This document shows, in pieces, positions 11,103-19,563 of a DNA stretch of 49,370 nt. The first letter of the stretch is position 1. Each line of letters opens with the position of its first letter. The stretch covers positions 1-49,370 of the forward strand of contig JALHMH010000035.1 in the NCBI GenBank assembly GCA_022844165.1, given 5' to 3'. The DNA comes from Lysobacterales bacterium. Its GTDB lineage: Bacteria; Pseudomonadota; Gammaproteobacteria; Xanthomonadales; SZUA-5. The notes under the pieces were generated by a model. The model had not been told where the DNA came from. It was given only the letters and a program-made list of their open reading frames with translations, and made no database searches. A program made the translations under genes and the position numbers.

Positions 11103-11678
11103 ATGAATCGCACCGTCGCCCCTGTTCTGCTCATCGGCCTGACTGCGTGCGCAGGCACCGAGCATCGCCCCGAAAACCCATTTCTTGCCGGATTGGCGCC
11201 TCTTTGCGGCAAGTCTTATACCGGTGCGATCACAGAGAACTCGCCGGAGCAGAGCAGCGATCCTTTTGTCGGCAAAGCGCTGATCATCCACGTACGCGAT
11301 TGCGAGCCGGACGTCGTGCGCATACCTCTGCATGTGGGCGACGATCGCTCGCGCACCTGGGTGTTGAGCGAGCAACCCGGCGGACTGCAACTCAAACACG
11401 ACCATCGTCATAACGATGGCACTGCCGATACGCTGACGATGTATGGTGGCACCGCGAACGTATTCAGCGCCACCCGAGCCGAATTTCCGGCCGACGCTGA
11501 GTCGATTGCACTGTTCAAGAGCGAGGGCCGGTTACCCTCAATCGACAATACCTGGTCGCTGACACACATTCCCGGCGAAGCCCTGACATACCGATTACAG
11601 CGGCCCAATCGTGTTTTCGAAATACGCTTCGATCTGAGCCGCACAGTGCCTGAGCCGCCGCCAGCCTGGGGCCAATAA
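11103..11678 (+). CDS. Hypothetical lipoprotein
   Basis: Lipobox LTAC; conserved-looking RIPLHVGDDRSRTW, LKHDHRH.DG and PPPAWG; GAGGA RBS. Confidence 0.75.
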   Translation: MNRTVAPVLLIGLTACAGTEHRPENPFLAGLAPLCGKSYTGAITENSPEQSSDPFVGKALIIHVRDCEPDVVRIPLHVGDDRSRTWVLSEQPGGLQLKHDHRHNDGTADTLTMYGGTANVFSATRAEFPADAESIALFKSEGRLPSIDNTWSLTHIPGEALTYRLQRPNRVFEIRFDLSRTVPEPPPAWGQ

Positions 11679-11687
11679 GCCCGATCG

Positions 11688-12182
11688 CTACTGACGGATT
11701 CGGAACAAACACCGGCTATCGCCGTCGATCAGTTGCTGTTGAATCAGCCACGCGATGGCGTCTTCGGCGTCATTTTCGAACCAGCTTTGCGCGCTGCCCA
11801 GACGGAAGCTGTACCCCCAGGCATCCATGTCGGCAAACGCGCGAGGACGTCCGAAGCCAGCGATCTCGTCGGCAAGTACCACCTGCAAAAAACAAGTCGC
11901 TGTCTCTTCGATTTCGCAGTCCGCGGCGTCGGTGTGCAGCGCAGCACGGCGTTGCGGCGTGCAGGTGACGTAGTGGCACGCCTCGTGGAGTATTGAATGC
12001 AGCGGCGTATCCGGTCTTGCGTAAAGCGCGTCCGCGATCAATCCTGCTTCGCATTCGCCCCAATAACTGCCAGGAATGCGTGCGTCCAATGGCAGGAGTT
12101 CCAAACGCAGTCCGAATCTGGCTAACAACACTGCAACGACATTGCTGTCGACGTCGCTTAGCAAGAGCACATTGCCGCCCAA
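11688..12182 (-). CDS. Conserved hypothetical HExxH protein (possible EpmC/YfcM-like)
   Basis: IPGSYWGECEAGL, HSILHEACH, DMDAWGYSFRLGS; TTG start uncertain. Confidence 0.7.
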   Translation of the reverse strand: MGGNVLLLSDVDSNVVAVLLARFGLRLELLPLDARIPGSYWGECEAGLIADALYARPDTPLHSILHEACHYVTCTPQRRAALHTDAADCEIEETATCFLQVVLADEIAGFGRPRAFADMDAWGYSFRLGSAQSWFENDAEDAIAWLIQQQLIDGDSRCLFRIRQ

Positions 12183-12260
12183 CTCAAGAGCAAAAGAACT
12201 GCATCGGGTTGCGCACGCAGATGCTCTGCCCAGATGCCAGATACCGGGCCACCAACCACA

Positions 12261-12515
12261 TCAGTCTTTTTCCGGCAAGGTCACCGACAACGCCAACACC
12301 TCCTGGCTGCCCTCGCGCTCGACATTGACTTGCACGGCATCTGGATCGACGTTGACGTACTTGCGGATGACCTCCAACAGCTCGCGCTTGAGCAGCGGCA
12401 AATAGTCGGGCATCGCTTCGGCGCCACGCTCCTGCGCGACAATGATCAGCAAGCGCTCTTTGGCTAACTTTGCGGTGTTCTTCGGTCGCGATTTAAAGAG
12501 ATCGAATAGGCCCAT
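12261..12515 (-). CDS. minE: Cell division topological specificity factor
   Basis: [39 protein letters not shown]. Confidence 0.96.
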   Translation of the reverse strand: MGLFDLFKSRPKNTAKLAKERLLIIVAQERGAEAMPDYLPLLKRELLEVIRKYVNVDPDAVQVNVEREGSQEVLALSVTLPEKD

Positions 12516-12521
12516 CGCGGC

Positions 12522-13331
12522 TCAGCTCCCGAACAGACGTTGGAAAAAGCCCTTTTTCTTCGGATCAAGAAAACGCATGGGCACTGTCTCCCCAAGCAAT
12601 CTGGCGACTGCGTCGCTATAGGCCTGGCCGGCATCGGAATTTTCATCAAGGATGACAGGCACACCCGAGTTGGATGCGCTCAGCACTTCCGGCGACTCGG
12701 GAATCACGCCGATGACTTTCACGCCGAGAATTTCTTCGACATCGCCAACGCTCATCATGTCGCCGCGTTCAACACGGTCAGGCGAATAGCGCGTCAGGAG
12801 CAGATGCTCCTTGACGGCGTCTTGTCCTTGTTCGGCGCGGCGCGACTTGCTGGACATGATGCCCAGGACACGATCGGAGTCGCGAACGCTGGACACTTCG
12901 GGGTTGACCACGACCACAGCGCGATCAGCAAAGTACATGGCGAAAAAAGCGCCGCGTTCGATACCGGCGGGCGAGTCGCAAAGAACGATATCGAAATCAT
13001 TCTTCAAATCGTCGATGACTTTGGCGACACCCTCTTGCGTGAGCGCGTCCTTGTCTTTGGTCTGCGAGGCCGCGAGCACCGACAAGTTGTCGAAGCGTTT
13101 GTCCTTGATCAGCGCCTGCTTCAGCGTGCAATCGCCATTGATCACGTTGACAAAATCGTACACCACACGGCGTTCGCAACCCATGATCAGATCGAGGTTT
13201 CGCAATCCGATATCGAAGTCGACAACGGCGATTTTTTTGCCGCGCCGCGCAAACCCACATGCAAGTGACGCGCTCGTCGTGGTCTTGCCGACGCCACCTT
13301 TACCCGATGTCACAACAATGACTTCGCCCAT
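12522..13331 (-). CDS. minD: Septum site-determining ATPase
   Basis: TSGKGGVGKTT, DFDIGLRNLD, DSPAGIE and C-terminal membrane-targeting KKGFFQRLFG; AGGAG RBS. Confidence 0.97.
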   Translation of the reverse strand: MGEVIVVTSGKGGVGKTTTSASLACGFARRGKKIAVVDFDIGLRNLDLIMGCERRVVYDFVNVINGDCTLKQALIKDKRFDNLSVLAASQTKDKDALTQEGVAKVIDDLKNDFDIVLCDSPAGIERGAFFAMYFADRAVVVVNPEVSSVRDSDRVLGIMSSKSRRAEQGQDAVKEHLLLTRYSPDRVERGDMMSVGDVEEILGVKVIGVIPESPEVLSASNSGVPVILDENSDAGQAYSDAVARLLGETVPMRFLDPKKKGFFQRLFGS

Positions 13332-13340
13332 GTGCACTCC

Positions 13341-14123
13341 TCAGGCTTTTAAAGGCCGCACGTCAATGCGCCCTTCGTTCAAATAGATCTCAACTGCTTT
13401 CCCGGCTATATCGCGCGGGGCCGACTCAAAAACTTTGAAATTTCCCGCGATCGATACCAGCTCGGGCGCGAAACTCAAACAGTAGATCCGCGCACGAACG
13501 TCGCCTGCGGCGCCGGCCAGCGCTTTGCCACTCAGCCGGCCGTACACATGCACGCAGCCGTCTGCGGCAACTTCGGCACCCGCACTGACGGCACCGGTGA
13601 TGATCAGGTCTCGGCCTTTGGCATAAATCTGCTGCCCGCTGCGAATCGGGCCCGGCAGCAGCAGCGGTGGCACAGGCGTTGGTTCTGGCTGAGGAACATC
13701 GGTGGCGCCTGTACTCAATTCCGCTGTTGTTGCCGCATCCGCTGGCGCTGTGCTCTCGGGCGTTTCAGCCGGTGCAGGCGCTTCTCCAGTGTTCTTTCGC
13801 CGCGGCCCGATGGTCAATGCCGGCAGACCCACAGCGTGCGCAAGCGGTTCGCCGATGGCATCGGCGACTAAAGCTACAACACGCAAACCTGCCGCCTGCG
13901 TGCGCATCAGCAGATTCGTGACCTGATGCGCGCCGGGCGCAGGGTCGGCTTGCGCCAATTCCAAAACCACCGGTGCATTCTTGAGCAGCGCCGGCGCCTT
14001 TGCGACATGCTGCGCAATCTCGATTTGCAGCAGGTCCAAATCGAAGCGACGGATCGACAAGACCATCAGCGACATCTGCGCTGATTTGAGTTCAAACGCG
14101 GGCGCGAAGAGCATGCCTTGCAT
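13341..14123 (-). CDS. minC: Septum site-determining protein
   Basis: FELKS, IRSGQQIYA, GAEVAADG.VHVYG.L.GKALAG, ELVSIAG; ATG overlaps the upstream stop (TGATG). Alternative start 14114. Confidence 0.93.
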   Translation of the reverse strand: MQGMLFAPAFELKSAQMSLMVLSIRRFDLDLLQIEIAQHVAKAPALLKNAPVVLELAQADPAPGAHQVTNLLMRTQAAGLRVVALVADAIGEPLAHAVGLPALTIGPRRKNTGEAPAPAETPESTAPADAATTAELSTGATDVPQPEPTPVPPLLLPGPIRSGQQIYAKGRDLIITGAVSAGAEVAADGCVHVYGRLSGKALAGAAGDVRARIYCLSFAPELVSIAGNFKVFESAPRDIAGKAVEIYLNEGRIDVRPLKA

Positions 14124-14713
14124 CAGGCGTGGCTCGGATCGCGCGTTGCACTCAAGCGATCTTGAAGCAGAAAGCTCGGCACCGGTTCGTCGCCGCTGTG
14201 ATACCGCTCGCGAACGAAGGGATAGGCTTTCATCTCCTTGATCATCATGCTGACCCGGCGACCGTTGGTGAGCAGTTGTTGGCCAACCTCTTGAAATCCG
14301 TTGGTGCCGAAGAACACCAGAGAAACGTCGTCGCGCGGCTCGATGAACACTTCGCAAGTCAGCTCCGGGTAACGCACCTCGGCGAAACTAAGCACATCGG
14401 CATAAAACACGCGTCCGACACCGTGACGTCTGAAACGCGAGTCGATGACGATGCGATCGATATATAGGAAATCAGGGGTGCGCGCCTTGAACCAGAGGAA
14501 ATTCGGACTGTCGTAGTCGGCTTCCGGGGTCAGCGCGATCAGGAATCCAGCCAGTTCTTGATTGAGATAGGCCACTCGAAAGTACCGGGCAATCTTGAAC
14601 AGATGCGCCATGCGCTCACGGTCGATCGGGATGATCCCCGGCCCGGCTGCGTTGTTAAGCGCCAGCACCGCATCCAGTTCGTGAGCTTCAACATCGCGCA
14701 AAATCAGAGACAT
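14123..14713 (-). CDS. GNAT family N-acetyltransferase
   Basis: FLYIDRIVIDSRFRRHGVGRVFY (acetyl-CoA motif A), YDSPNFLWF, GFQEVG. Confidence 0.88.
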   Translation of the reverse strand: MSLILRDVEAHELDAVLALNNAAGPGIIPIDRERMAHLFKIARYFRVAYLNQELAGFLIALTPEADYDSPNFLWFKARTPDFLYIDRIVIDSRFRRHGVGRVFYADVLSFAEVRYPELTCEVFIEPRDDVSLVFFGTNGFQEVGQQLLTNGRRVSMMIKEMKAYPFVRERYHSGDEPVPSFLLQDRLSATRDPSHA

Positions 14714-14875
14714 ACGAGGTGTTCTTCCAATCCTTGTGAAATCCGTCTGGGCGCGGCGAACTGGCGATTATGCACGGCTCGTTGACGCGATGTGTTGCGC
14801 TTGCCGGTTGAGAGGCCCGGCCTGGCGTCTGATTGGCAGATCGGCGGACGATGATCCGGGCCGAACCGTGCAAAC

Positions 14876-14904
14876 GACAAGGGCGCCGCGCGGGCGCCCT
14901 TGTC
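14876..14904 (-). terminator. Probable intrinsic terminator after degP
   Basis: Perfect 12-bp stem GACAAGGGCGCC/GGCGCCCTTGTC, 18 nt after the stop; short T tract. Confidence 0.65.
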
Positions 14905-14922
14905 TTACCTACAAAGACGAAA

Positions 14923-16404
14923 CTACTCTGCCTCGGACTCGATCACCAGGAACAGCGAACCCTCGCCGCGGCGGACCAGCACGATGACAGGGTCGGCCTC
15001 ATCGACGCTGTTTATGGCTTCGCGCACATCGGCTATCGAGGCGACTTGACGACGATTGACCTCCATGAGCACGTCGCCACGCGCCAAACCGGCGCGTGCT
15101 GCAGCACCCTGCTGGACTGCCGTCACCAGCACACCGCCCTCGATGCCCAGCTGCTCGCGTTGCTCCGCCGTCAGCTCAGACAAAGACAGGCCGAGCTTCG
15201 ACTCGTTGCCCGTCGCCGGGGCGCCGGGCGCCGCCCGCGATGCCAATGGTGTCGTGTCTTCTTCCAGCTTGCCGATGGTGACGGTGATGGTGCGCGTCTT
15301 GCCATCGCGCAACACTTCCAGGCGGGCCTTTTCGCCCACTGGCGTTGCGCCCACTAACGGCGGCAGCTGTGTGGCGGTTTCCAACGACGTACCGTTGTAG
15401 CTCAGGATGATGTCGCCGCGTTCGATGCCGGCTTTGTCCGCTGGGCCCTCTTCCTCGACCGAGGCCACCAACGCACCACGTGGCCGTTCGAGCCCGAATC
15501 CACGCGCCATGCGACCGTCAACCGGCTGGAACTGCACGCCAAGAAAACCCCGTTCGACGACACCCTTTTCAGCCAGTTGCGTGGCGATTTGATTGGCGGT
15601 ATTGATCGGAATGGCAAAACTCAGGCCCATATAACCGCCGCTGCCTGAGAGGATTTGCGAGTTGATACCGATGACTTCGCCGCGCACGTTGAACAGCGGA
15701 CCGCCGGAGTTACCCGGATTGACCGCGGCATCGGTTTGGATAAAAGGGACATAGGTCTCGCGCAGCGAGCGTTCCGTTGCGCTCACGATGCCCTGCGTTG
15801 CCGTGTAACTCATGCCGAACGGTGCACCAATCGCCAGCACCCACTCGCCCACTTCGATGCGATCGGAGTTTCCCAGCACCACGGTAGGCAGGCCGCTGGC
15901 TTCGATTTCGATCAGCGCCACATCGGTGCGCTCATCGAGACCCAGCAGCTTCGCCTTGAACTCGCGGTTGTCCGACAGCGTCACCGTGATCACATCGGCA
16001 TCTTTGACCACATGCGCATTGGTCAGAATGCGACCGTTATTCGACGTAATGAACCCGGACCCCGAACCTCGACGCTCCGGCGCCTGCCCACCCGGCGAAC
16101 CGGGCTGACCTGGGATTCCAAAGCGCCGAAAGAACTCGAACATCGGGTTGTTTTCATCGTTGAACTGCTCGAACCGCCGATCCGTGCCGCGCACTGCAAT
16201 CTGCACCACCGCAGCACGATTGCGTTGCACGATCTGACGGAAGTCCGGCAGGGCCATGCCCTGGGCATTGATCGCGGCCGGAGCAGGAGCCACTTCAGCC
16301 GCAGGCGCCTGTGCCTGGCGACCGCTTTGCGCGTACAAACCCACGCCTAAAACGAGCGCAGTCGCCGTTACCACGGCGCCGTATCGAAACCGGTTCATCG
16401 ACAT
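14923..16404 (-). CDS. Do/DegP-DegQ (MucD-like) periplasmic serine protease with 2 PDZ domains
   Basis: GSGSGFI, LTNAHVV, DVALI, IQTDAAVNPGNSGGPL, two PDZ domains, signal peptide. Confidence 0.95.
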   Translation of the reverse strand: MSMNRFRYGAVVTATALVLGVGLYAQSGRQAQAPAAEVAPAPAAINAQGMALPDFRQIVQRNRAAVVQIAVRGTDRRFEQFNDENNPMFEFFRRFGIPGQPGSPGGQAPERRGSGSGFITSNNGRILTNAHVVKDADVITVTLSDNREFKAKLLGLDERTDVALIEIEASGLPTVVLGNSDRIEVGEWVLAIGAPFGMSYTATQGIVSATERSLRETYVPFIQTDAAVNPGNSGGPLFNVRGEVIGINSQILSGSGGYMGLSFAIPINTANQIATQLAEKGVVERGFLGVQFQPVDGRMARGFGLERPRGALVASVEEEGPADKAGIERGDIILSYNGTSLETATQLPPLVGATPVGEKARLEVLRDGKTRTITVTIGKLEEDTTPLASRAAPGAPATGNESKLGLSLSELTAEQREQLGIEGGVLVTAVQQGAAARAGLARGDVLMEVNRRQVASIADVREAINSVDEADPVIVLVRRGEGSLFLVIESEAE

Positions 16405-16436
16405 TAAAAGCCCCTATTAGAAAATGATCAGGACAC

Positions 16437-16463
16437 TTAGACCATCGCACGTCGAAATGTTCC
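16437..16463 (-). promoter_or_regulatory. Putative sigmaE/AlgU-type promoter of degP
   Basis: Minus strand GGAACAT-N15-TCTAA versus GAACTT-N16/17-TCTAA (spacer one base short). DegP/MucD are classic sigmaE targets. Confidence 0.45.
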
Positions 16464-16500
16464 GCTGCGACTGCTGAAAGTCAGAGTTGATTCAGCGATG

Positions 16501-17544
16501 TCAAGCGATGGGGCTGCGGCCATCAAAATCAAGTCCCGTCTTTCGAAGTGGCTTCAGTCTTTGTGCCGGCTGCTCGACGAAATGCCAGGACAACCAGGCG
16601 CAGGCGAGTACGAGCACAACGGTGGACGTGATGTAGGCCATCAAGGACAACTCCGGCCAATTCAACATCAGCAACTGCTGGATCGGGAATGCGTACAAAT
16701 AGGTGCCGTATGAGAGATCGCCTCGCTCCGCAAGCCAATGGCCAAACGGACTGGTGCTTGATCCTGCGCCGATCACCAGGATGGGTAAGGCGATCCACAG
16801 CACCAGGTGAAAGCTGGTGTTGTTGGCGGGCGAGCAAAATAGTGCAATTGCCGCGCATAACATCACGTTCGGCGTGAACAATCTCTCCCAACGAAATGCG
16901 GCGATCGCTGCGCCGGCTGCGAAAAAAATGCCGCACATCGGCAGCTGGCGCAGATCGCTGCCCCAAACAACCAGCATGTTTTGATCGACCCAAATCCAAG
17001 TGAAGTGCAACACTGCAAAACCGACGAACATCACCAGATATACGACCCCTCCAGCGCGCATCACAATCAAGGCCAATGGGATCGACAAATACATGGCCAC
17101 CTCAATCGCCAGGCTCCAGATCGAGCCATTGACAACGCCAGGATAGGGCAATCCCGAAAACACCTCGGGAAGGTGGTAAATCGGGTACAGAGCAAGGTTC
17201 CAGAAATACAACGTAAGCAGTGGATGCGCCATGTAGTCTGCGACTGGCAAGGCGCTGACCAGCGGACCGAGCACAAGTGCCGAAAGCGCGACAACAACCA
17301 ACAGCCCAGGCCAAAGTCTGAGCCCACGTTTGGCCAGAAAGCGGAGCAAGTTCGGATCAGAACGATAACTCTTGTAGATCAAGAATCCGCTGATTGAAAA
17401 AAAGATGTACACACCGAGCGGCCCAAGCGGCATGCGCTCGAGAAACAATGGCTCGGGCAACCTGCGCAAAGAATGCGCATGGCTAAACAGCACCAGCATC
17501 GCGGCGAACAAGCGCAGTAGGTGGAAGTTGTTGTGTATGGTCAT
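16501..17544 (-). CDS. Acyltransferase family 3 (OafA/YrhL-like) membrane protein
   Basis: NNFHLLRLFAA..V.FSH, FFSISGFLI, KRGLRLWP, NGSIWSL..E, DLSYGTYL, SWHFVEQP. Confidence 0.9.
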   Translation of the reverse strand: MTIHNNFHLLRLFAAMLVLFSHAHSLRRLPEPLFLERMPLGPLGVYIFFSISGFLIYKSYRSDPNLLRFLAKRGLRLWPGLLVVVALSALVLGPLVSALPVADYMAHPLLTLYFWNLALYPIYHLPEVFSGLPYPGVVNGSIWSLAIEVAMYLSIPLALIVMRAGGVVYLVMFVGFAVLHFTWIWVDQNMLVVWGSDLRQLPMCGIFFAAGAAIAAFRWERLFTPNVMLCAAIALFCSPANNTSFHLVLWIALPILVIGAGSSTSPFGHWLAERGDLSYGTYLYAFPIQQLLMLNWPELSLMAYITSTVVLVLACAWLSWHFVEQPAQRLKPLRKTGLDFDGRSPIA

Positions 17545-17722
17545 GGCAATAGCAGCCACGCTTGGGCCGACAATCATAAGTGCTTAGCGCACAGGCGTTA
17601 AACACACGCTTCTGCTAACGCGGTGAATGACCGGGACGTCATGCCCCCATGACGGCAGTGCATTTGAATCACTCAGCGCCGACAGGCACACTCGAGAGAG
17701 GGCACCCAACAAAGAGCAACCC

Positions 17723-18685
17723 ATGATCTACAACAACATTCTCGACACCATCGGCAATACGCCCATCGTGCGCATCCAGCGGCTCGCGCCATCCGGCATC
17801 GAGATGTTTGTGAAAGTTGAAGCGTTCAATCCAGGCGCGTCGGTGAAGGATCGGCTGGCGCTGGCGATCATTCTCGATGCCGAGGCACGTGGCGAGTTGC
17901 AACCTGGGCAAACCGTGGTCGAAGCCACCAGCGGCAATACCGGTGTGGCACTGGCCATGGTGTGTGCGGCGCGCGGTTATCCTTTTGTCGCGGTCATGGT
18001 CGAGACGTTTTCGATCGAGCGCCGCAAGATCATGCGTGCGCTCGGTGCCAAGGTGATTCTGACGCCGGCCGCCGAGCGTGGTTCAGGCATGGTACGCAAG
18101 GCCAAGGAGCTTGCGGAAAAACACGGCTGGTTCTTGACGCGCCAGTTCGAAAATCCGGCCAATCCGGCGTATCACCGCAACACGACGGGCCCAGAAATTT
18201 TGCGCGATTTCGCCAATCGCCGCCTCGATTACTTCGTCGCCGGCTGGGGCACGGGCGGAACGCTCACGGGCGCCGGGCAGATGCTCAAACTCGCCCGACC
18301 GGAGGTGAAGATCGTTACCACCGAACCCGCCGTCGCACAGCTGTTGGCGGGTGGCACCTGGTCGCCACACAAGATTCAAGGCTGGACGCCAGATTTCATT
18401 CCGGCGGTGCTCGACCGCACCGTGTTCGACATGAACGTTCCGATCGACGATGTCACTGCGCGTGACACAGCGCGTGCGCTGGCTCAGCAGGAAGGCATCT
18501 TCGTCGGAATTTCCTCCGGCGCTACTTTTGCCGCCGCGCTGGAAATTGCCAAACAAGCGACACCCGGTAGCGTCATTCTTGCCATCCTTCCGGACACTGG
18601 CGAGCGTTATTTGTCGACCTTTTTGCTGGAAGGGGTCAATGAAGGCTCCGATGATGAATGGCTGGCGGGTCTGGGTGGACTGTAG
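17723..18685 (+). CDS. cysK: Cysteine synthase A
   Basis: IGNTPIV, NPGASVKDR (PLP Lys), EATSGNTG, GTGGT, PHKIQG, PDTGERYLST. Confidence 0.95.
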   Translation: MIYNNILDTIGNTPIVRIQRLAPSGIEMFVKVEAFNPGASVKDRLALAIILDAEARGELQPGQTVVEATSGNTGVALAMVCAARGYPFVAVMVETFSIERRKIMRALGAKVILTPAAERGSGMVRKAKELAEKHGWFLTRQFENPANPAYHRNTTGPEILRDFANRRLDYFVAGWGTGGTLTGAGQMLKLARPEVKIVTTEPAVAQLLAGGTWSPHKIQGWTPDFIPAVLDRTVFDMNVPIDDVTARDTARALAQQEGIFVGISSGATFAAALEIAKQATPGSVILAILPDTGERYLSTFLLEGVNEGSDDEWLAGLGGL

Positions 18686-18690
18686 GCGGT

Positions 18691-19563
18691 TCAAGAATGC
18701 CGAGCAGCTCGCGCCTGAATCAGATGCGCGAGCACGCTGATCGCAATTTCATGCGGGGTTTGCGCGCCAATGGGCAAACCGACGGGCGCTTGCAACGTCG
18801 TAAGCTGATCAGCCTGGTGTGCATCAAGCGCATTGCGCACTTCGCGGATGCGGCGCGCGCTGCCCATCATGCCGAGAAACGCATACGTTTGCCCGACGAT
18901 CACGCGCAATGCTGCGATATCGCTAAGGTAGTCGCGATTCAATAGCACGATGTACAGCGCTCGGCGGGTGTCCAGCGCGGCGCGAATCTGCTCGATTTCA
19001 CCGCTGATGACCTGTGCATCAGGAAAGATTGCAGGATCGGTAAATGCCGGACGGGCATCGTAGATCCAGAGATCGAAGTCCAACAGTCGGGCCATCTCGT
19101 AGAGCGCGAATCCACAATGACCACCGCCGATCACCAGCAGTCTTGGATCCGGCTCGATGTGCGCCCCATCGGCACCGCCGAGTTCCGCAGCCGTGACTTC
19201 GATGGCTGCGCCACCGCGTAGCGTTGTAGCAATGGTTGCGGCACGCAACCGATCGTCGCGTGTCCAGCGGCGCAACGCGATCTCCATGCGTCCGCCACAA
19301 ACGCCTGCCGCATCGACACCACCACCAAGGTCAATCGCGACCGTCGCCGTCGCACGACCGCAGTCCAGCAGAGCCCGCGCCGCGTCGATGACCCGGGCTT
19401 CTGCCAGTCCGCCCCCAATCGTAAAGTCTGTCGTCTGCGAGCCGATTAACATACGAGCGCCAATCTTGCGTGGAGTCGCACCGCGTGTAGCGATCACGCT
19501 GGCGAGGACGACGGGCTCCAACGCCAGGCGCTCCGCCAGACACGCGAACAGACGTTCGTTCAT
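18691..19563 (-). CDS. xdhC: XdhC/CoxI family xanthine dehydrogenase maturation factor
   Basis: GATPRKIGARM, TIGGG..E, CGG, GMMGS, APVGLPIGAQTPHEIAIS; 4-bp overlap with xdhB. Confidence 0.88.
   Translation of the reverse strand: MNERLFACLAERLALEPVVLASVIATRGATPRKIGARMLIGSQTTDFTIGGGLAEARVIDAARALLDCGRATATVAIDLGGGVDAAGVCGGRMEIALRRWTRDDRLRAATIATTLRGGAAIEVTAAELGGADGAHIEPDPRLLVIGGGHCGFALYEMARLLDFDLWIYDARPAFTDPAIFPDAQVISGEIEQIRAALDTRRALYIVLLNRDYLSDIAALRVIVGQTYAFLGMMGSARRIREVRNALDAHQADQLTTLQAPVGLPIGAQTPHEIAISVLAHLIQARAARHS

Noticed and set aside
14124-14357. Extended minC start (338 aa); likewise extended starts for xdhA (23581), rpsP (41410), cysK (17627) and glnK (764)
   Set aside because: Some extensions overlap neighbouring genes and all precede the recognisable family N-terminus.
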